64,000 nucleotides of DNA from an uncultured Gemmatimonadales bacterium (GCA_963823035.1 CAWGKG010000016.1:39765-103764), one strand, 5' to 3'; positions 23,417 to 33,754 are shown, counted from the first letter of the stretch. The notes: a model not told the origin generated them from the sequence alone. Translations and numbers: made by a program.

Positions 23417-24424
23417 CTAGGAAGCGCCGCAGCGGAACGAGTCCAGGATCGTCTGCAGCTGGATCATGTACTCGTACTTGTCCTTGCCGGGCGCGTACAG
23501 CCAGGCGTCGAGCAGGTAGATCCGGTCCTGCCGCGGGCACACCACCGCGCGCGTGATGAACGGACCCGCCGCGGGCCAGTCGAGCTCCGGCGGGTTCTTC
23601 CACAGCCCCTGGACCTGATAGGCGGGCCGCCCCTCGTACTCGAAGGACGTCGTGTCCACCTGGCTCAGGTCGAGATCCTGGGGCTCGTTGTAGGTCGCGG
23701 ACACCTGCGCGCGCCAGTCGAGGAGGTCCTGGCGCTCGAAGGTCGTGGGGATCGGCGACCGCCAGGTGACGGCGACCTGCCGGATCAGCTCGGACGGATC
23801 CGGGTTGTCGTTGCGGAAGGTGTAGATCGAGTCCTGCGCGCTGCCAGCGGTAGACGGTCGGGAGGAGGAGCGCGGAACCCCGCCGTGCGCGCGAGCGTGT
23901 CGGCGAGCGCCGAGTCCGTTACCCGACAGGTACATCCGGCTGCGGGCGTACTGGCGGAACTGGTCGTCGAGCGCCTCGTTGATGGCGTCGAGCTGGGCGC
24001 GAACGGCCGCGGCCTCCCTGATCGGGCGCGGCGAGGATGATCGTGGCCTGCTGCCCCCGGGCCCAGATGTCGTACGCGCGGTAGACGCCGGGACCCGGAG
24101 ACGCCGCCCGGACCTTCGCGATCGCGTCCTGGATCCAGGGCTCGTCGCCCGTGCCCACGAGCAGCAGCTGGCGGAAGCGCTTCAGGTTCTTCCACTCCGC
24201 CCCGTTCGGGTCCTGGTAGGTGACGTTGAACGTCTTCTCGGTGCGCACCGTCCGGATGGTGGGCTCGAGCGCGTCGTACACGTCCTCGCCCACCTCCTCC
24301 CATACGGCGGGACTCCATCACGGCGATGATGCTCGTGACGTCGCCGTAGGAGGGGTTGGAACTCGCTGCACGCCGCCGCGGCGACGAGGAGGGCGAGGGC
24401 GGACATGGAGGCGAGCTTGCGCAT
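23417..24424 (-). CDS. DUF4837-like lipoprotein (frameshifted)
   Basis: Lipobox LVAAAAC; DIWARGQ, QGLWKN, AAGPFITR and LYAPGKDKYEYMIQLQTILDSF motifs. Confidence 0.7.
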
Positions 24425-24500
24425 GGTATCGGCCGGCCAGGGGGAACGGCGCTGCGTGCGAGTTCTCTTACCAGCGGGCCGCCAGGGGGTTTCTTCCCGC

Positions 24501-26582
24501 TCAGCCGGGGGCCGGACCGAGGTTGCGCTCCAACAGCGCCGTGGGATCGGGGTCGCGCCCCATGAACTCCCGGAAGAGCACGTCCGGCTCCTCGGAGTCA
24601 CCGCGCGACAGGATGCAGTCCACGTAGCTCCGACCGGTCTCCCGATTGAAGATTCCCTCGGTGCGGAAGCGGGTGAAGACGTCCGCGTCCAGCACCTCCG
24701 ACCAGAGGTAGCTGTAGTAGCCGGAGGCGTATCCGCCGGAGAAGAGGTGCGTGAACGACGTGAGGGCGTGCAGGTCCGCGAAACGGTCCGCGGGCGAGAA
24801 CGAACGGAAGCGCGCGCGCGCGAAGGCCATCACCTCGGAGCCCTGCCTCTGGTCGAGCGCGTCGACGTCCCCGTCGCCGGCCTGCGCGAAGAGCTTCGGA
24901 GCCAGCTCGTCGTGGAGCGCCAGGTCCACGGTGCCGAAGGAGAGCTGACGCATCTGGGCCCACCCTCCCATGTAGCGGCGCGCCGCGACCATCTTTCGGA
25001 AGAGCTTGTCCGGGAAGGCTGCTCCCGTCTCGTGGTGATGGGCGAAGAGGTCCAGGGCCTCGCGCTCCCAGCACCAGTTCTCCATGAGCTGGCTCGGGAG
25101 CTCCACCCAGTCCCACGCGACGTTGATCCCCGCCCGCCCGGGGATCTCCACGCGGGACGTGCAGTGGTGAAGAAGATGTCCGAACTCGTGGAACGTCGTC
25201 TCCACCTCGCGGTGCGTGAGCAACGCCGGGGCGTCGCCGTCCGGCGGGGTGAAGTTCCCGCAGATCGTGCCGAGGTGCGGGGCGAAGCCGTCGGTGCTCG
25301 GTCCGCCCGTGATGAAGTCGTTCATCCAGGCGCCCTGACGCTTCTCCTTCCGCGGATACCAATCCGTGTAGAAGGAGCCCACATGCGTGCCGTCCTCGGC
25401 GAAGATCTCGTAGTGCCGCACGTCGGGATGCCACACCTCCTCGATGGGGCGCTCCTCGACGCGGAAGCCGAAGGTGCGGCGTACGATCTCGAAGAGCCCC
25501 TCCAGCACCCGATCGAGGGGGAAGTAGGGGCGTAGCTCCTCCTCGTCGATGTCGTAGCGCTCTTTGCGCAGCTTCTCGGTGACGTAGGCCACGTCCCACG
25601 GCTCGACCTCGTCCAGCCCGAGGGTGATCGCGTGCGCGCGCAGGTCGGCGACGTCTTGCTCCCAGTAGGGCCGGGTCCGCTCGGTCATGTCGCGCTCGAA
25701 GTCGATCGCGCGGGCGCCCGTGCGCGCCATCCGATCCTCGAGCCTGTAGTCCGGGAAGGATGCGTAGCCGAGGAGGTCGGCCAGCTCCTTGCGCAGGCGC
25801 AGGATCCGCGCGACGAGGCTGCGGTTGTCGTATTCGCCGCCGCGGCAGCGCGTGGAGTATGCCGTGTGGATCTCCGCGCGGAGCGCCCGGTCGTCGCAGT
25901 ACTTGAGGATCGGCTCCACCGACGGGTAGTCGAGCGTCAGCAGCCAGCCGGACAGCCCCTTCTCGCGGGCCTTCTGGCGTGCCCGCCGCCGCGCCGCCTC
26001 GGGCACGCCCGCGAGGCGCGCGTCGTCCTGAACGAGCAGCTCGTAGGCGGCGGTGGCGTCGAGCACGTTCTCGCTGAACTTCTGTTGGAGCTGTGCGAGT
26101 TCGACCCGAAGCGCCTGCAGGCGCGCCCTGCTGGCTTCCGGAAGGTCCGCGCCCGCGCGCTTGAACTCCTGGACGGTCTTGTCCAGGTGCCGCCGTTGCA
26201 GCCCGGTGAGCGCCCGAGCCTCGTCCGTCCCCGCGTAGGACCGCACGCGGCTCCAGAGAGTCTGGTCGAGCTGGAGGCGGGACCAGAAGGCCGACATCTC
26301 CGGGAGGACGGCGTTGTACGCCTCCCGCAGCTCGGGCGTCTCGGCTACGGCGACCAGGTGGCCCGCCGGAGCGACCCTCCTCCCCAGCCGTTCGGTCGCC
26401 GCATCCAGGCGGGCGATCGTGTTTTCCCAGGTGGGCGCCTCGACCGCGCCGGCCACCGCGTCCACCTCAGCCTGCGCCTCGGCGAGGGCCCGCCTGATCC
26501 CCGGCTCCACGTGCTCGGCGCGGATTCGGTGGAAGGGGATGCGGAACTGGTCGGACAGCAGTGGATTGTGCGCTGAACTCAT
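24501..26582 (-). CDS. prlC: M3 family oligopeptidase A
   Basis: Zn motif FHEFGHLLH, VELPSQLMENW, GYASGYYSYLWSE and FMGRDPD motifs. Confidence 0.93.
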   Translation of the reverse strand: MSSAHNPLLSDQFRIPFHRIRAEHVEPGIRRALAEAQAEVDAVAGAVEAPTWENTIARLDAATERLGRRVAPAGHLVAVAETPELREAYNAVLPEMSAFWSRLQLDQTLWSRVRSYAGTDEARALTGLQRRHLDKTVQEFKRAGADLPEASRARLQALRVELAQLQQKFSENVLDATAAYELLVQDDARLAGVPEAARRRARQKAREKGLSGWLLTLDYPSVEPILKYCDDRALRAEIHTAYSTRCRGGEYDNRSLVARILRLRKELADLLGYASFPDYRLEDRMARTGARAIDFERDMTERTRPYWEQDVADLRAHAITLGLDEVEPWDVAYVTEKLRKERYDIDEEELRPYFPLDRVLEGLFEIVRRTFGFRVEERPIEEVWHPDVRHYEIFAEDGTHVGSFYTDWYPRKEKRQGAWMNDFITGGPSTDGFAPHLGTICGNFTPPDGDAPALLTHREVETTFHEFGHLLHHCTSRVEIPGRAGINVAWDWVELPSQLMENWCWEREALDLFAHHHETGAAFPDKLFRKMVAARRYMGGWAQMRQLSFGTVDLALHDELAPKLFAQAGDGDVDALDQRQGSEVMAFARARFRSFSPADRFADLHALTSFTHLFSGGYASGYYSYLWSEVLDADVFTRFRTEGIFNRETGRSYVDCILSRGDSEEPDVLFREFMGRDPDPTALLERNLGPAPG

Positions 26583-26775
26583 CGTGGCGGTACGTGATGG
26601 GAACCGAACCGTCTCCGAGGTGCAAGGTACAGCCGTGGCGCCTCGTGCACAGGGTGCGCGACGACTTCGGGCCGCCGCGGCCGTTGAAGCGCGCGACAGC
26701 CGTCGACTATGTTGCGTACCCCGAGGGGGCGCGCGTAGCGCCTCCGAGACCCTCCACCCCACCGGTCCGTTCCGA

Positions 26776-28113
26776 ATGAGCGCGTCGACACCCGCGGCGA
26801 CACGATTCGCCGGCCCGGCGGGGATGCTCCGCCCCGCCGTGACGCTGCTCCTCCTCTTCGGGCTCGTCTGGCTCTCCTTCCAGGGTGCGCCGAACACGCT
26901 CGAGCACGGAAGGTTGTCCGTGTTGGTGGGTTTCGTCCTCCTGGCGGCCTCGCTGGCGGGCGCGCTCGCGGCGGAGGTGGGGCTACCCAGGATCACCGGC
27001 TTCATCCTGGTGGGGATCGCCGCCGGACCGTCCGTCGCCGGCCTTCTGCCGGCCTCCGCGGTGACCGACCTCCGCCTGATCGATCGCTTCGCGTTGGCGC
27101 TCATCGCCATGCTCGCGGGAGGCGAGCTTCGCGTGGGCAGCCTGCGCCCGCAGGCCCGCACGATCGCCGTGACCACGCTCGCCGTGACGGTGGTGGTCTG
27201 GGTCGGGATGGCCGCGGCCGTCCTCGCGGTACGACCGTTCGTACCGTTCCTCGCCGAGCTTCCCCTGTCGGGTGCGGTGGGCGTCGCGCTCCTGCTCGGC
27301 ATATGGGCCGCCAACTCTTCGCCGGACCTCACGGTGGCCGTCATCGAGGAGAAGCACGCCCGCGGGCCCCTGGTCGAAGTGATCCTCGGCGTGACGATCG
27401 TGAAGGACGTGCTGGTGATCGTGCTGTTCACGCTCACCCTCGCGCTCGTGGCCCCCCTCCTGGACCCGACGCGCACGTTCTCCGTCCACGCCCTGGTGGA
27501 CCTGGCCCGCGAGGTGGGGGGCGCCCTCGCGATGGGTGCCGCGGGAGGGTGGGTGTTCTCGCAGTATCTGGGCGGCGGCGCGACGCGTCCTCGGCCGCCG
27601 CTGGCGACGTTCCTCTTCGCCTACGTCCTGGTCGTGCTGGCCGAGGAACTGCACGTGGAGCTGCTGCTCGCGGGCGTGGCCGCGGGGTTCGTCATCGAGA
27701 ACCTGTCGCCCGCGGGCGACAAGATGATCCAGGGCATCCGCTCGGTGGCGGTGGTGATCTTCGCCTTCTTCTTCGCGACCGCGGGCGCCGGTCTCGACCT
27801 CGGCGCCGTGCTCCGCTACGGCCCGGCGGCGCTGGCCCTGTTCACGGCTCGCGTCTTCCTCACCCGCCTCGCCACCATCCGCGGCGCCCGCCTCGCCGGC
27901 GCGCCGGAGGAGATCCGCAAGAAGGCGTGGCAGGGACTGATATCGCAGGGAGGGGTGTCGCTCGGGCTGGTGCTCCTCATCGAGGAGAGCTTCCCCTCGG
28001 TCGGCGCGGGCGTGGTCGCGCTGGCGATGGCCGTGATCATCGGCAACATCCTGGGCGGCCCCGTCCTCCTCGGGCGGGCGCTCGCGGCATCGAAGAGGGC
28101 GGCGGCCCGATGA
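26776..28113 (+). CDS. Cation:proton antiporter (CPA family)
   Basis: About 12 TM segments; LPRITGFILVGIAAGP, TIVKDVLVI and SQGGVSLGL motifs. Confidence 0.85.
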   Translation: MSASTPAATRFAGPAGMLRPAVTLLLLFGLVWLSFQGAPNTLEHGRLSVLVGFVLLAASLAGALAAEVGLPRITGFILVGIAAGPSVAGLLPASAVTDLRLIDRFALALIAMLAGGELRVGSLRPQARTIAVTTLAVTVVVWVGMAAAVLAVRPFVPFLAELPLSGAVGVALLLGIWAANSSPDLTVAVIEEKHARGPLVEVILGVTIVKDVLVIVLFTLTLALVAPLLDPTRTFSVHALVDLAREVGGALAMGAAGGWVFSQYLGGGATRPRPPLATFLFAYVLVVLAEELHVELLLAGVAAGFVIENLSPAGDKMIQGIRSVAVVIFAFFFATAGAGLDLGAVLRYGPAALALFTARVFLTRLATIRGARLAGAPEEIRKKAWQGLISQGGVSLGLVLLIEESFPSVGAGVVALAMAVIIGNILGGPVLLGRALAASKRAAAR

Positions 28114-29063
28114 GCCCGAAGGCCCACGCCCACCACGATCACGCCGGGCACGCGCACGGCCATCCCGGGGCGCTGATGTCGCGAGAGGCCTCCGGCGGGC
28201 GTCTCGGGTGGGTGCTCGCGATCACGGGGGCATTCATGTTCGCGGAGGTCGTCGGAGGCGTGCTGTCCGGATCGCTCGCCCTCCTGGCCGATGCGGGGCA
28301 CATGCTCACCGACGCCGGATCCCTGGCCCTGTCGCTCTTCGCGATGCGGGTGGCGCGGCGTCCGGCCAACGCCGAGAAGACCTACGGCTACGTGCGCCTG
28401 GAGATCCTCGCGGCGCTCGTGAACGGAGCGGCGCTCCTGGTGATCGCCGGGTTCATCGTGGTCGAGGCGTGGCATCGACTCCGCGACCCCGTGGCCGTGC
28501 AGGGAGCGGTCATGCTCGGCGTCGCGGTGGTGGGGCTCGGGGTCAACATCGCCGGGGCGCTCCTGCTGCACGGGCACGCCCACGACAACCTCAACGTGCG
28601 CGGCGCGTATCTCCACGTGCTCGGTGACCTGCTCGGCTCCATCGGTGCGATCGCGGCGGGCGTGGTGATCCTCACCACCGGTTGGACGCCGGCCGACCCC
28701 ATCATCTCGGTGGTGATCGCGGTGCTGATCCTGTTCAGCGCGTGGCGCCTCGTGCGTGAGGCCGCCGACGTGCTGCTCGAGGCCGCCCCACCGCACATCG
28801 ACGTGGAGGAGGTGGTCCGGGAATTGCGGGATGTGGAAGGCCTCGACCAGGTCCACGACGTCCACGTCTGGACGCTGACGAGCGGGTTCGTCGCACTCTC
28901 GGCCCACGGCGTGATCGACGACCCCGCGGACCACACCCGGATTCTCGACGAGGTGCTGCGCCGCATGAAGGCGCAGGGCATCGAGCACGTCACGTTCCAG
29001 ATCGAGTTGCGCCCCCTGTACCAGCTTCCCGGAGGTGCCGCGCGCACGGACGCGGAGAATTAG
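28110..29063 (+). CDS. Cation diffusion facilitator (CzcD/ZitB-like) metal efflux transporter
   Basis: His-rich N-terminus; SLALLADAGHMLTD, YLHVLGDLLGS, VHDVHVW and HVTFQIE motifs. Confidence 0.93.
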   Translation: MSPKAHAHHDHAGHAHGHPGALMSREASGGRLGWVLAITGAFMFAEVVGGVLSGSLALLADAGHMLTDAGSLALSLFAMRVARRPANAEKTYGYVRLEILAALVNGAALLVIAGFIVVEAWHRLRDPVAVQGAVMLGVAVVGLGVNIAGALLLHGHAHDNLNVRGAYLHVLGDLLGSIGAIAAGVVILTTGWTPADPIISVVIAVLILFSAWRLVREAADVLLEAAPPHIDVEEVVRELRDVEGLDQVHDVHVWTLTSGFVALSAHGVIDDPADHTRILDEVLRRMKAQGIEHVTFQIELRPLYQLPGGAARTDAEN

Positions 29064-29066
29064 TTG

Positions 29067-29095
29067 TTGACATCCCTCGAGCCCTCTCTTACCTT
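29067..29095 (+). promoter_or_regulatory. Sigma70-type promoter for the acidic microprotein gene
   Basis: TTGACA-N17-TACCTT. Confidence 0.75.
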
Positions 29096-29167
29096 CGCGC
29101 CAAGTGCCCTAGCTGCTCCGAAACGGGTCGGGGCGATTCGAGCACCCGCCAGAAGGAGATCAGACAG

Positions 29168-29431
29168 ATGAACCGGTTGGGCTGGTTCGAAGAAGAAGCC
29201 CTCACACCTGGGATACTCGCCTTCAGCGACGACGAGGAAGACGAGGACGTCGGAGACCTCGCGGAGGACGACGACGACTGGGACGAGGACGACTGGGACG
29301 AAGACGACGACGACCTCGACGACGACGACGATGACGACGACGACGACGAGGACTGGGAGGATTGGGAGGAGGAGGAGGACGAAGACGACATGTTCAGTCG
29401 CAGGCGTCCCCACCACCCCGACTGGAACTGA
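29168..29431 (+). CDS. Hyper-acidic low-complexity microprotein (87 aa)
   Basis: RBS AGAAGGAGA 8 nt upstream; own promoter and terminator; 49 of 87 residues are Asp/Glu. Confidence 0.75.
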   Translation: MNRLGWFEEEALTPGILAFSDDEEDEDVGDLAEDDDDWDEDDWDEDDDDLDDDDDDDDDDEDWEDWEEEEDEDDMFSRRRPHHPDWN

Positions 29432-29474
29432 TGTCACCACCGGCCGGGGCGCCCGCCCGGCCGATGAAGGAGCC

Positions 29475-29508
29475 GCCCCGGATCGCCCGATCCGGGGCCG
29501 CTTTTCTT
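29475..29508 (+). terminator. Intrinsic terminator
   Basis: GCCCCGGATC-GCCC-GATCCGGGGC stem-loop followed by CGCTTTTCTT. Confidence 0.75.
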
Positions 29509-29568
29509 GACGCTCCACGGAGTGCGGCCGCGAGCGGGCGGTCGCGGCCGGCCTGACCGCCGAGGACG

Positions 29569-30831
29569 TCACCGCTGACGGAGGGCGCGCGCCGCGGCCC
29601 CCGCTCCCGCGGCGCGTCCCGTCGCCCAGGCCCAGAGGAAGTTGTGCCCACCGATGGGCCCGAAGGCGTCGAGCATCTCGCCGCACAGGAACAGCCCGGG
29701 CGCGCGCCGGCTCTCCAGCGTGCGCGGGTCGACCTCGGAGAGCGCCACCCCACCGCCCGTCACCTCCGCCTTCCGGTAGCCCTCGTCTCCGGTCCACGGC
29801 AGCGGATAGGCGGTCAGCGCCCTCACCAGCTCCCGGCGGTCCTCGCGGCGGAGCTGTGCCAGCGGCGGTCCCCGTGGACGCCGACCTCCCGGCACAGGCG
29901 TTCGGCCAGCCGCCGGGGAAGCGCGTCGGCGAGCGCCGAGCGGACCGTGGGGGCGCCCGCCCGTAGCGCGGCGTCCCAGGCGCGGGCGTCGCGCGGTGTC
30001 CACTGGACCGTGAGCTCCTGCCGCGGGTCGCCCGCGAGGGCACGCACCGCCAGATGGGAGGCGTCGAGCACGGCCGGTCCGCTCCACCCGCGGTGGGTGA
30101 AGAGGAAGCCGCCGGTGGTCGCGAACGGCGGGCGCGTGCCGGGCGCGCGCAGCGTGACGTCGAGCGACACACCGGCGAGCTCCGCGTGGGGGTGCGGGTC
30201 GGCCGTCAGGGGTGTGAGGGCGGGATAGGTCGGGTGGACCTCGTGGCCGAGCCGGCGCGCCAGGTCGAGGCCGAAGCCGTCGCTCCCGGTCTTCGGCACG
30301 GAGAGGCCGCCCGTGGCGAGGACCACCGACCGGGCCGTGAGCGGCGGTGCGCCCTCGATCTCCACACGCCACGCGCGACCCTCTGGAGAGGGCCGCGCGT
30401 CGAGCACGCGCGCACCGAGCCAGACGCGTGCGCCGCGCCTCGCGCACGCGCGCAACGAGGCCGTCGCGGACGTCGCGCGCCCGGTCGCTGGCGGGGAAGA
30501 GCTTGCCGCTCTCCGTCTCCAGCACGAGCGCCATCCCCAGCTCGCGCTCGAAGAAGGCGCGCTGTTCGTCGAGCGGCCAGGAGCGGAGCATCTTGCGCAG
30601 CGTATTGGGCGACGACGAGGTGACGTAGCGCTCGGGGCGCGCCACCGACGGGAGGATGTTGCAGCGCCCCCCGCCGCTGATGAGGATCTTGCGGCCGCCG
30701 TCGTCCGTGCGCTCGATCAGAACCACCGGCGCGCCCGCCCGCGCAGCCGTGAGCGCCGCCAGGAGCCCGGCGGCCCCTGCGCCCACCACCGCCACGGGGA
30801 GCGGTGCGTGCGCACCCTCTCCCCCGGTCAC
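29569..30831 (-). CDS. HI0933/BaiN-family FAD-dependent oxidoreductase (frameshifted)
   Basis: VVGAGAAGL, GRKILISGGGRCN, LATGGLSVPKTGSDG, LFTHRGWSGP, AEVTGGGV and GPIGGHNF motifs. Confidence 0.92.
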   Translation of the reverse strand: MTGGEGAHAPLPVAVVGAGAAGLLAALTAARAGAPVVLIERTDDGGRKILISGGGRCNILPSVARPERYVTSSSPNTLRKMLRSWPLDEQRAFFERELGMALVLETESGKLFPASDRARDVRDGLVARVREARRTRLARCARARRAALSRGSRVACGDRGRTAAHGPVGGPRHGRPLRAEDRERRLRPRPGAPARPRGPPDLSRPHTPDGRPAPPRGARRCVARRHAARARHAPAVRDHRRLPLHPPRVERTGRARRLPSGGACPRGRPAAGAHGPVDTARRPRLGRRATGGRPHGPLGARRRASPAAGRTPVPGGRRPRGPPLAQLRREDRRELVRALTAYPLPWTGDEGYRKAEVTGGGVALSEVDPRTLESRRAPGLFLCGEMLDAFGPIGGHNFLWAWATGRAAGAGAAARALRQR

Positions 30832-32237
30832 GTCGGCCGGTCCTGCCGGCCCCACCCGGTGGCGATCGCCACCAACACCACGGCGAGCAGCGCCCACGAG
30901 TGCACGTTGTGCAGCCCGGCCGCCCAGGGTGACAGGCGCGGCGCCCCGTCGAATCCGGCCGTGAGGCTCGAGGCCAGGATCGTGGGAATGAAGAAGGGGA
31001 GGAGGAACGGATAGGTGCACACCGTCACGTCGAGGAGGTTGGCGCGACGGTAGGGGCCCAGTCCGAAGGAGGCGCCGGCTTCACGCGTCAGCCCGCCCAC
31101 CGCGAGGATCGCGACGACCGAATGCGTGGTGAGCACGACCGCGGCGGTCACGGAGCCGAAGATCCACCACTCCGCGCTGGTGGCGCCGGTCGCGCGCCGT
31201 CGCGCCGTCTCGACCAGTCGGTCCACGAGCCCGGACGCCTCGATGCCCCCGACGAGCCCCATGAGCAGGAGCGTGAACACCGAGATGCCGACCGCGCGGC
31301 GCATCCCGTCGAGCAGGAGGCCCGTGGCGACGAAGTTCGCCCGGTCCATCCCCAGCAGGTCCGAGGGCCCGAACGCGCCGAGCAGGAGCCCGACGGTCGC
31401 CGCCGCGAGGATTCCGTAGAGGAGGGCCTCGAGCAGCGTGCGGCGGGCGAGGAGGAGGGCGAGCACGAAGGCCGGCACCGCGAGCATGGCCCAGGCCGCC
31501 ACGGTCGGCGCGGGCGCGGCGTCCGCGCTCATGGCCACACCGGGAGCTGCCCCGCCGCCGAGCGTGAGGCCCGCGAGGAGCGCCACGGCCGCCGCAGGGA
31601 GGGCGTAGCGCATCCTGCTGCGGACGACGCCCGCCAGGTCGGCGCCCTGGGTGCCGGCGGACGCGATCGTGGTGTCCGAGATCGGCGAGACGTTGTCCCC
31701 GAAGGTCGCGCCCCCCAGCAGCGCGCCGGCCAGGAAGGCCGGGTCGGCGCCGAGCGACGGACCGACAGGGTACAGGAGGGGGACACACACGAGGAGCGTC
31801 CCCAGGCTCGTTCCGGTCGCCGTGCTGAAGACCGCGGCCACGAGGAACGCCACCGCGACGTACCCTCCGCCCGCCAGCCCGCCGGCGCGGGCGGCCCACA
31901 CGAGCGCGTCCACCATCCCGCTGGCGCGCAGCAGCGTGGCGAGCACACCGGCCAGCATCCACGCCAGCACCATGACCATGACGAGGCGGCGGCTCATCCC
32001 GTCCACCACCGCGTCGGTGTACGCCGCCTTGTCCCGGGCGAGCAGGACGCCCAGCGTGAGGGCCCCGAGGAGCACGGGCCAGAAGCCCATCTCGTCCGGA
32101 GCGCCGGAGAGGCCGAGCCAGCTCACGCCCGCCAGGAAGAGCGCGAGCGGCGCCACGGCCCCGACCGTGCCGCCGCGGAAGCGGAGCGGCGCGGGCGGCG
32201 GCGCGGCGGCGGCGATGCGCGCGGGCTCCAGGGTCAT
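30828..32237 (-). CDS. NhaC-family transporter (Na+/H+ antiporter or amino-acid transporter)
   Basis: FSTATGTSLGT and GATFGDNVSPISDTTIAS motifs; multiple TM segments. Confidence 0.85.
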   Translation of the reverse strand: MTLEPARIAAAAPPPAPLRFRGGTVGAVAPLALFLAGVSWLGLSGAPDEMGFWPVLLGALTLGVLLARDKAAYTDAVVDGMSRRLVMVMVLAWMLAGVLATLLRASGMVDALVWAARAGGLAGGGYVAVAFLVAAVFSTATGTSLGTLLVCVPLLYPVGPSLGADPAFLAGALLGGATFGDNVSPISDTTIASAGTQGADLAGVVRSRMRYALPAAAVALLAGLTLGGGAAPGVAMSADAAPAPTVAAWAMLAVPAFVLALLLARRTLLEALLYGILAAATVGLLLGAFGPSDLLGMDRANFVATGLLLDGMRRAVGISVFTLLLMGLVGGIEASGLVDRLVETARRRATGATSAEWWIFGSVTAAVVLTTHSVVAILAVGGLTREAGASFGLGPYRRANLLDVTVCTYPFLLPFFIPTILASSLTAGFDGAPRLSPWAAGLHNVHSWALLAVVLVAIATGWGRQDRPT

Positions 32238-32348
32238 CGGATGGGGGAAGGGGCGGCGGGGGACGGTCGACGGAAGGAGGCACGGTGCGGGAGGAGCGGG
32301 AGGCCCGGCAAGGGCCACCCGGCTTTCCGGTAACGCGGAGAGGACGAC

Positions 32349-32687
32349 GTGAGCGAGCGAGACGACATCTTCGAGCTCTGGGACCTCAGGGTCGAGGTCG
32401 TGGAGGGTGCACGCCCCATGGTGTGCAACCATCCCGCCGGCAGCGGGTTCGAGTTGCAGGGGGAGAACCTGATCTTCCCGGCGGGACAGACCTTCCCGCT
32501 CTATCCGCTCGCGGCGCTCCTGCCGATCCTGCCGGCCAAGCAGCGGGACACGCACCCGGCCGACTGGATGAGCACCGACACCGACGTCGCGTGCCCGGAT
32601 CCGAACTGCGGCGGGGTCTTCCGCATCACGCGCACGGGTCGGCGCACGTTCCGGCACGGCGACGTGACGGTGGTTCCGCTTCCGTGA
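32349..32687 (+). CDS. TIGR04076-like small Cys-containing protein
   Basis: LRVEVV...CNH..G and VACPDPNCG.FRI motifs; RBS GGAGAGGA. Confidence 0.75.
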   Translation: MSERDDIFELWDLRVEVVEGARPMVCNHPAGSGFELQGENLIFPAGQTFPLYPLAALLPILPAKQRDTHPADWMSTDTDVACPDPNCGGVFRITRTGRRTFRHGDVTVVPLP

Positions 32688-33754
32688 CGGCCACGCCGGA
32701 GGCGTCCGGGCGCAGGACCGAGCTGGCGCCGGGCTACGACGTCTCGCGCATGATCGTGGGCGGGTGGCAGCTCTCGGCCGGCCATCACGCCCGGGCGATC
32801 CCGACGGAGGAGGCCCTCGAACGCCTCGTCGCGCTCGCCGACATGGGGCTCGACACCCTGGACTGCGCCGACATCTACACGGGCGTGGAGGAGCTGTACG
32901 GGCGCTTCCTCGCGCGGTGGCGGACCACCTCCGGAGGCGCGCACCCGATCCGCGTGCACACCAAGCTCGTGCCGGACCTGTCGCGGCTCGCCGAGGTGGA
33001 CGCGGCCCACGTGGCGGACGTCGTCGACCGCTCGCTCCGCCGGCTGGGCGTGGACGCGCTCGACCTGGTGCAGTTCTACTGGTGGGACGCCACGGTGGGC
33101 GACTGGCTGGGCGCCGCCCGCGCCCTGGGCGACCTCGTGCGCGCCGGGAAGATCCGCCACCTGGGCGCCACCAACCTGACCGGCGCGGAGGTGCGGGCCA
33201 TGGAGGACGCGGCCGGCGTCCCGGTCGTCGCGGACCAGGTGCAGTACTCCGTGCTCGATCGCAGGCCCGAGCACGCCCTGGCGGACCACTGCGCCCGCTC
33301 CTCGACGCGGATGCTGTGCTACGGCGGACTCGCGGGCGGGCTGCTCACCTCGAAATGGCTCGGAGCCCCCCGCGCGGATGGGCCGTTCACCAGCCGGTCG
33401 CTCACCAAGTACCGCCTGATCGTCGACGCGTTCGGGGGGTGGGAGGCGTACCAGGCGCTCCTCGCCGAGCTCGCCGCCATCGGCGAGCAGCGCGGCGTGG
33501 ATGCCGCGGCCGTGGCCCTCCGCTTCGTCCTCGACCAGCCGGGGGTGGCCGCCGTGATCGTGGGCTTCAGCACGGTGGAGCGGATGCGGGCGGCAGCGCG
33601 GGCGCTGAACCTCCGCCTCGATGCGGCCGACCACGCGCGCATCCGCCGGCACACGGACGGGGCGCCCGGCCCGCTCGGCGATGTCTTCGGGCTCGAGCGG
33701 GACCGCGACGGCCCGCACGGACGCATCATGAGGTACGACCTGAACGACGCCTAG
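32684..33754 (+). CDS. Aldo/keto reductase
   Basis: GGWQLS, DCADIY, HTK, SLRRLGVDALDLVQF and QVQYSVLDRRP motifs; GTGA overlap. Confidence 0.92.
   Translation: MTATPEASGRRTELAPGYDVSRMIVGGWQLSAGHHARAIPTEEALERLVALADMGLDTLDCADIYTGVEELYGRFLARWRTTSGGAHPIRVHTKLVPDLSRLAEVDAAHVADVVDRSLRRLGVDALDLVQFYWWDATVGDWLGAARALGDLVRAGKIRHLGATNLTGAEVRAMEDAAGVPVVADQVQYSVLDRRPEHALADHCARSSTRMLCYGGLAGGLLTSKWLGAPRADGPFTSRSLTKYRLIVDAFGGWEAYQALLAELAAIGEQRGVDAAAVALRFVLDQPGVAAVIVGFSTVERMRAAARALNLRLDAADHARIRRHTDGAPGPLGDVFGLERDRDGPHGRIMRYDLNDA

Noticed and set aside
29089..29391. Poly-Ser ORF on the minus strand, or a GAC microsatellite
   Set aside because: It is the antisense reading of the Asp codons; promoter, RBS and terminator all support the plus-strand acidic ORF.
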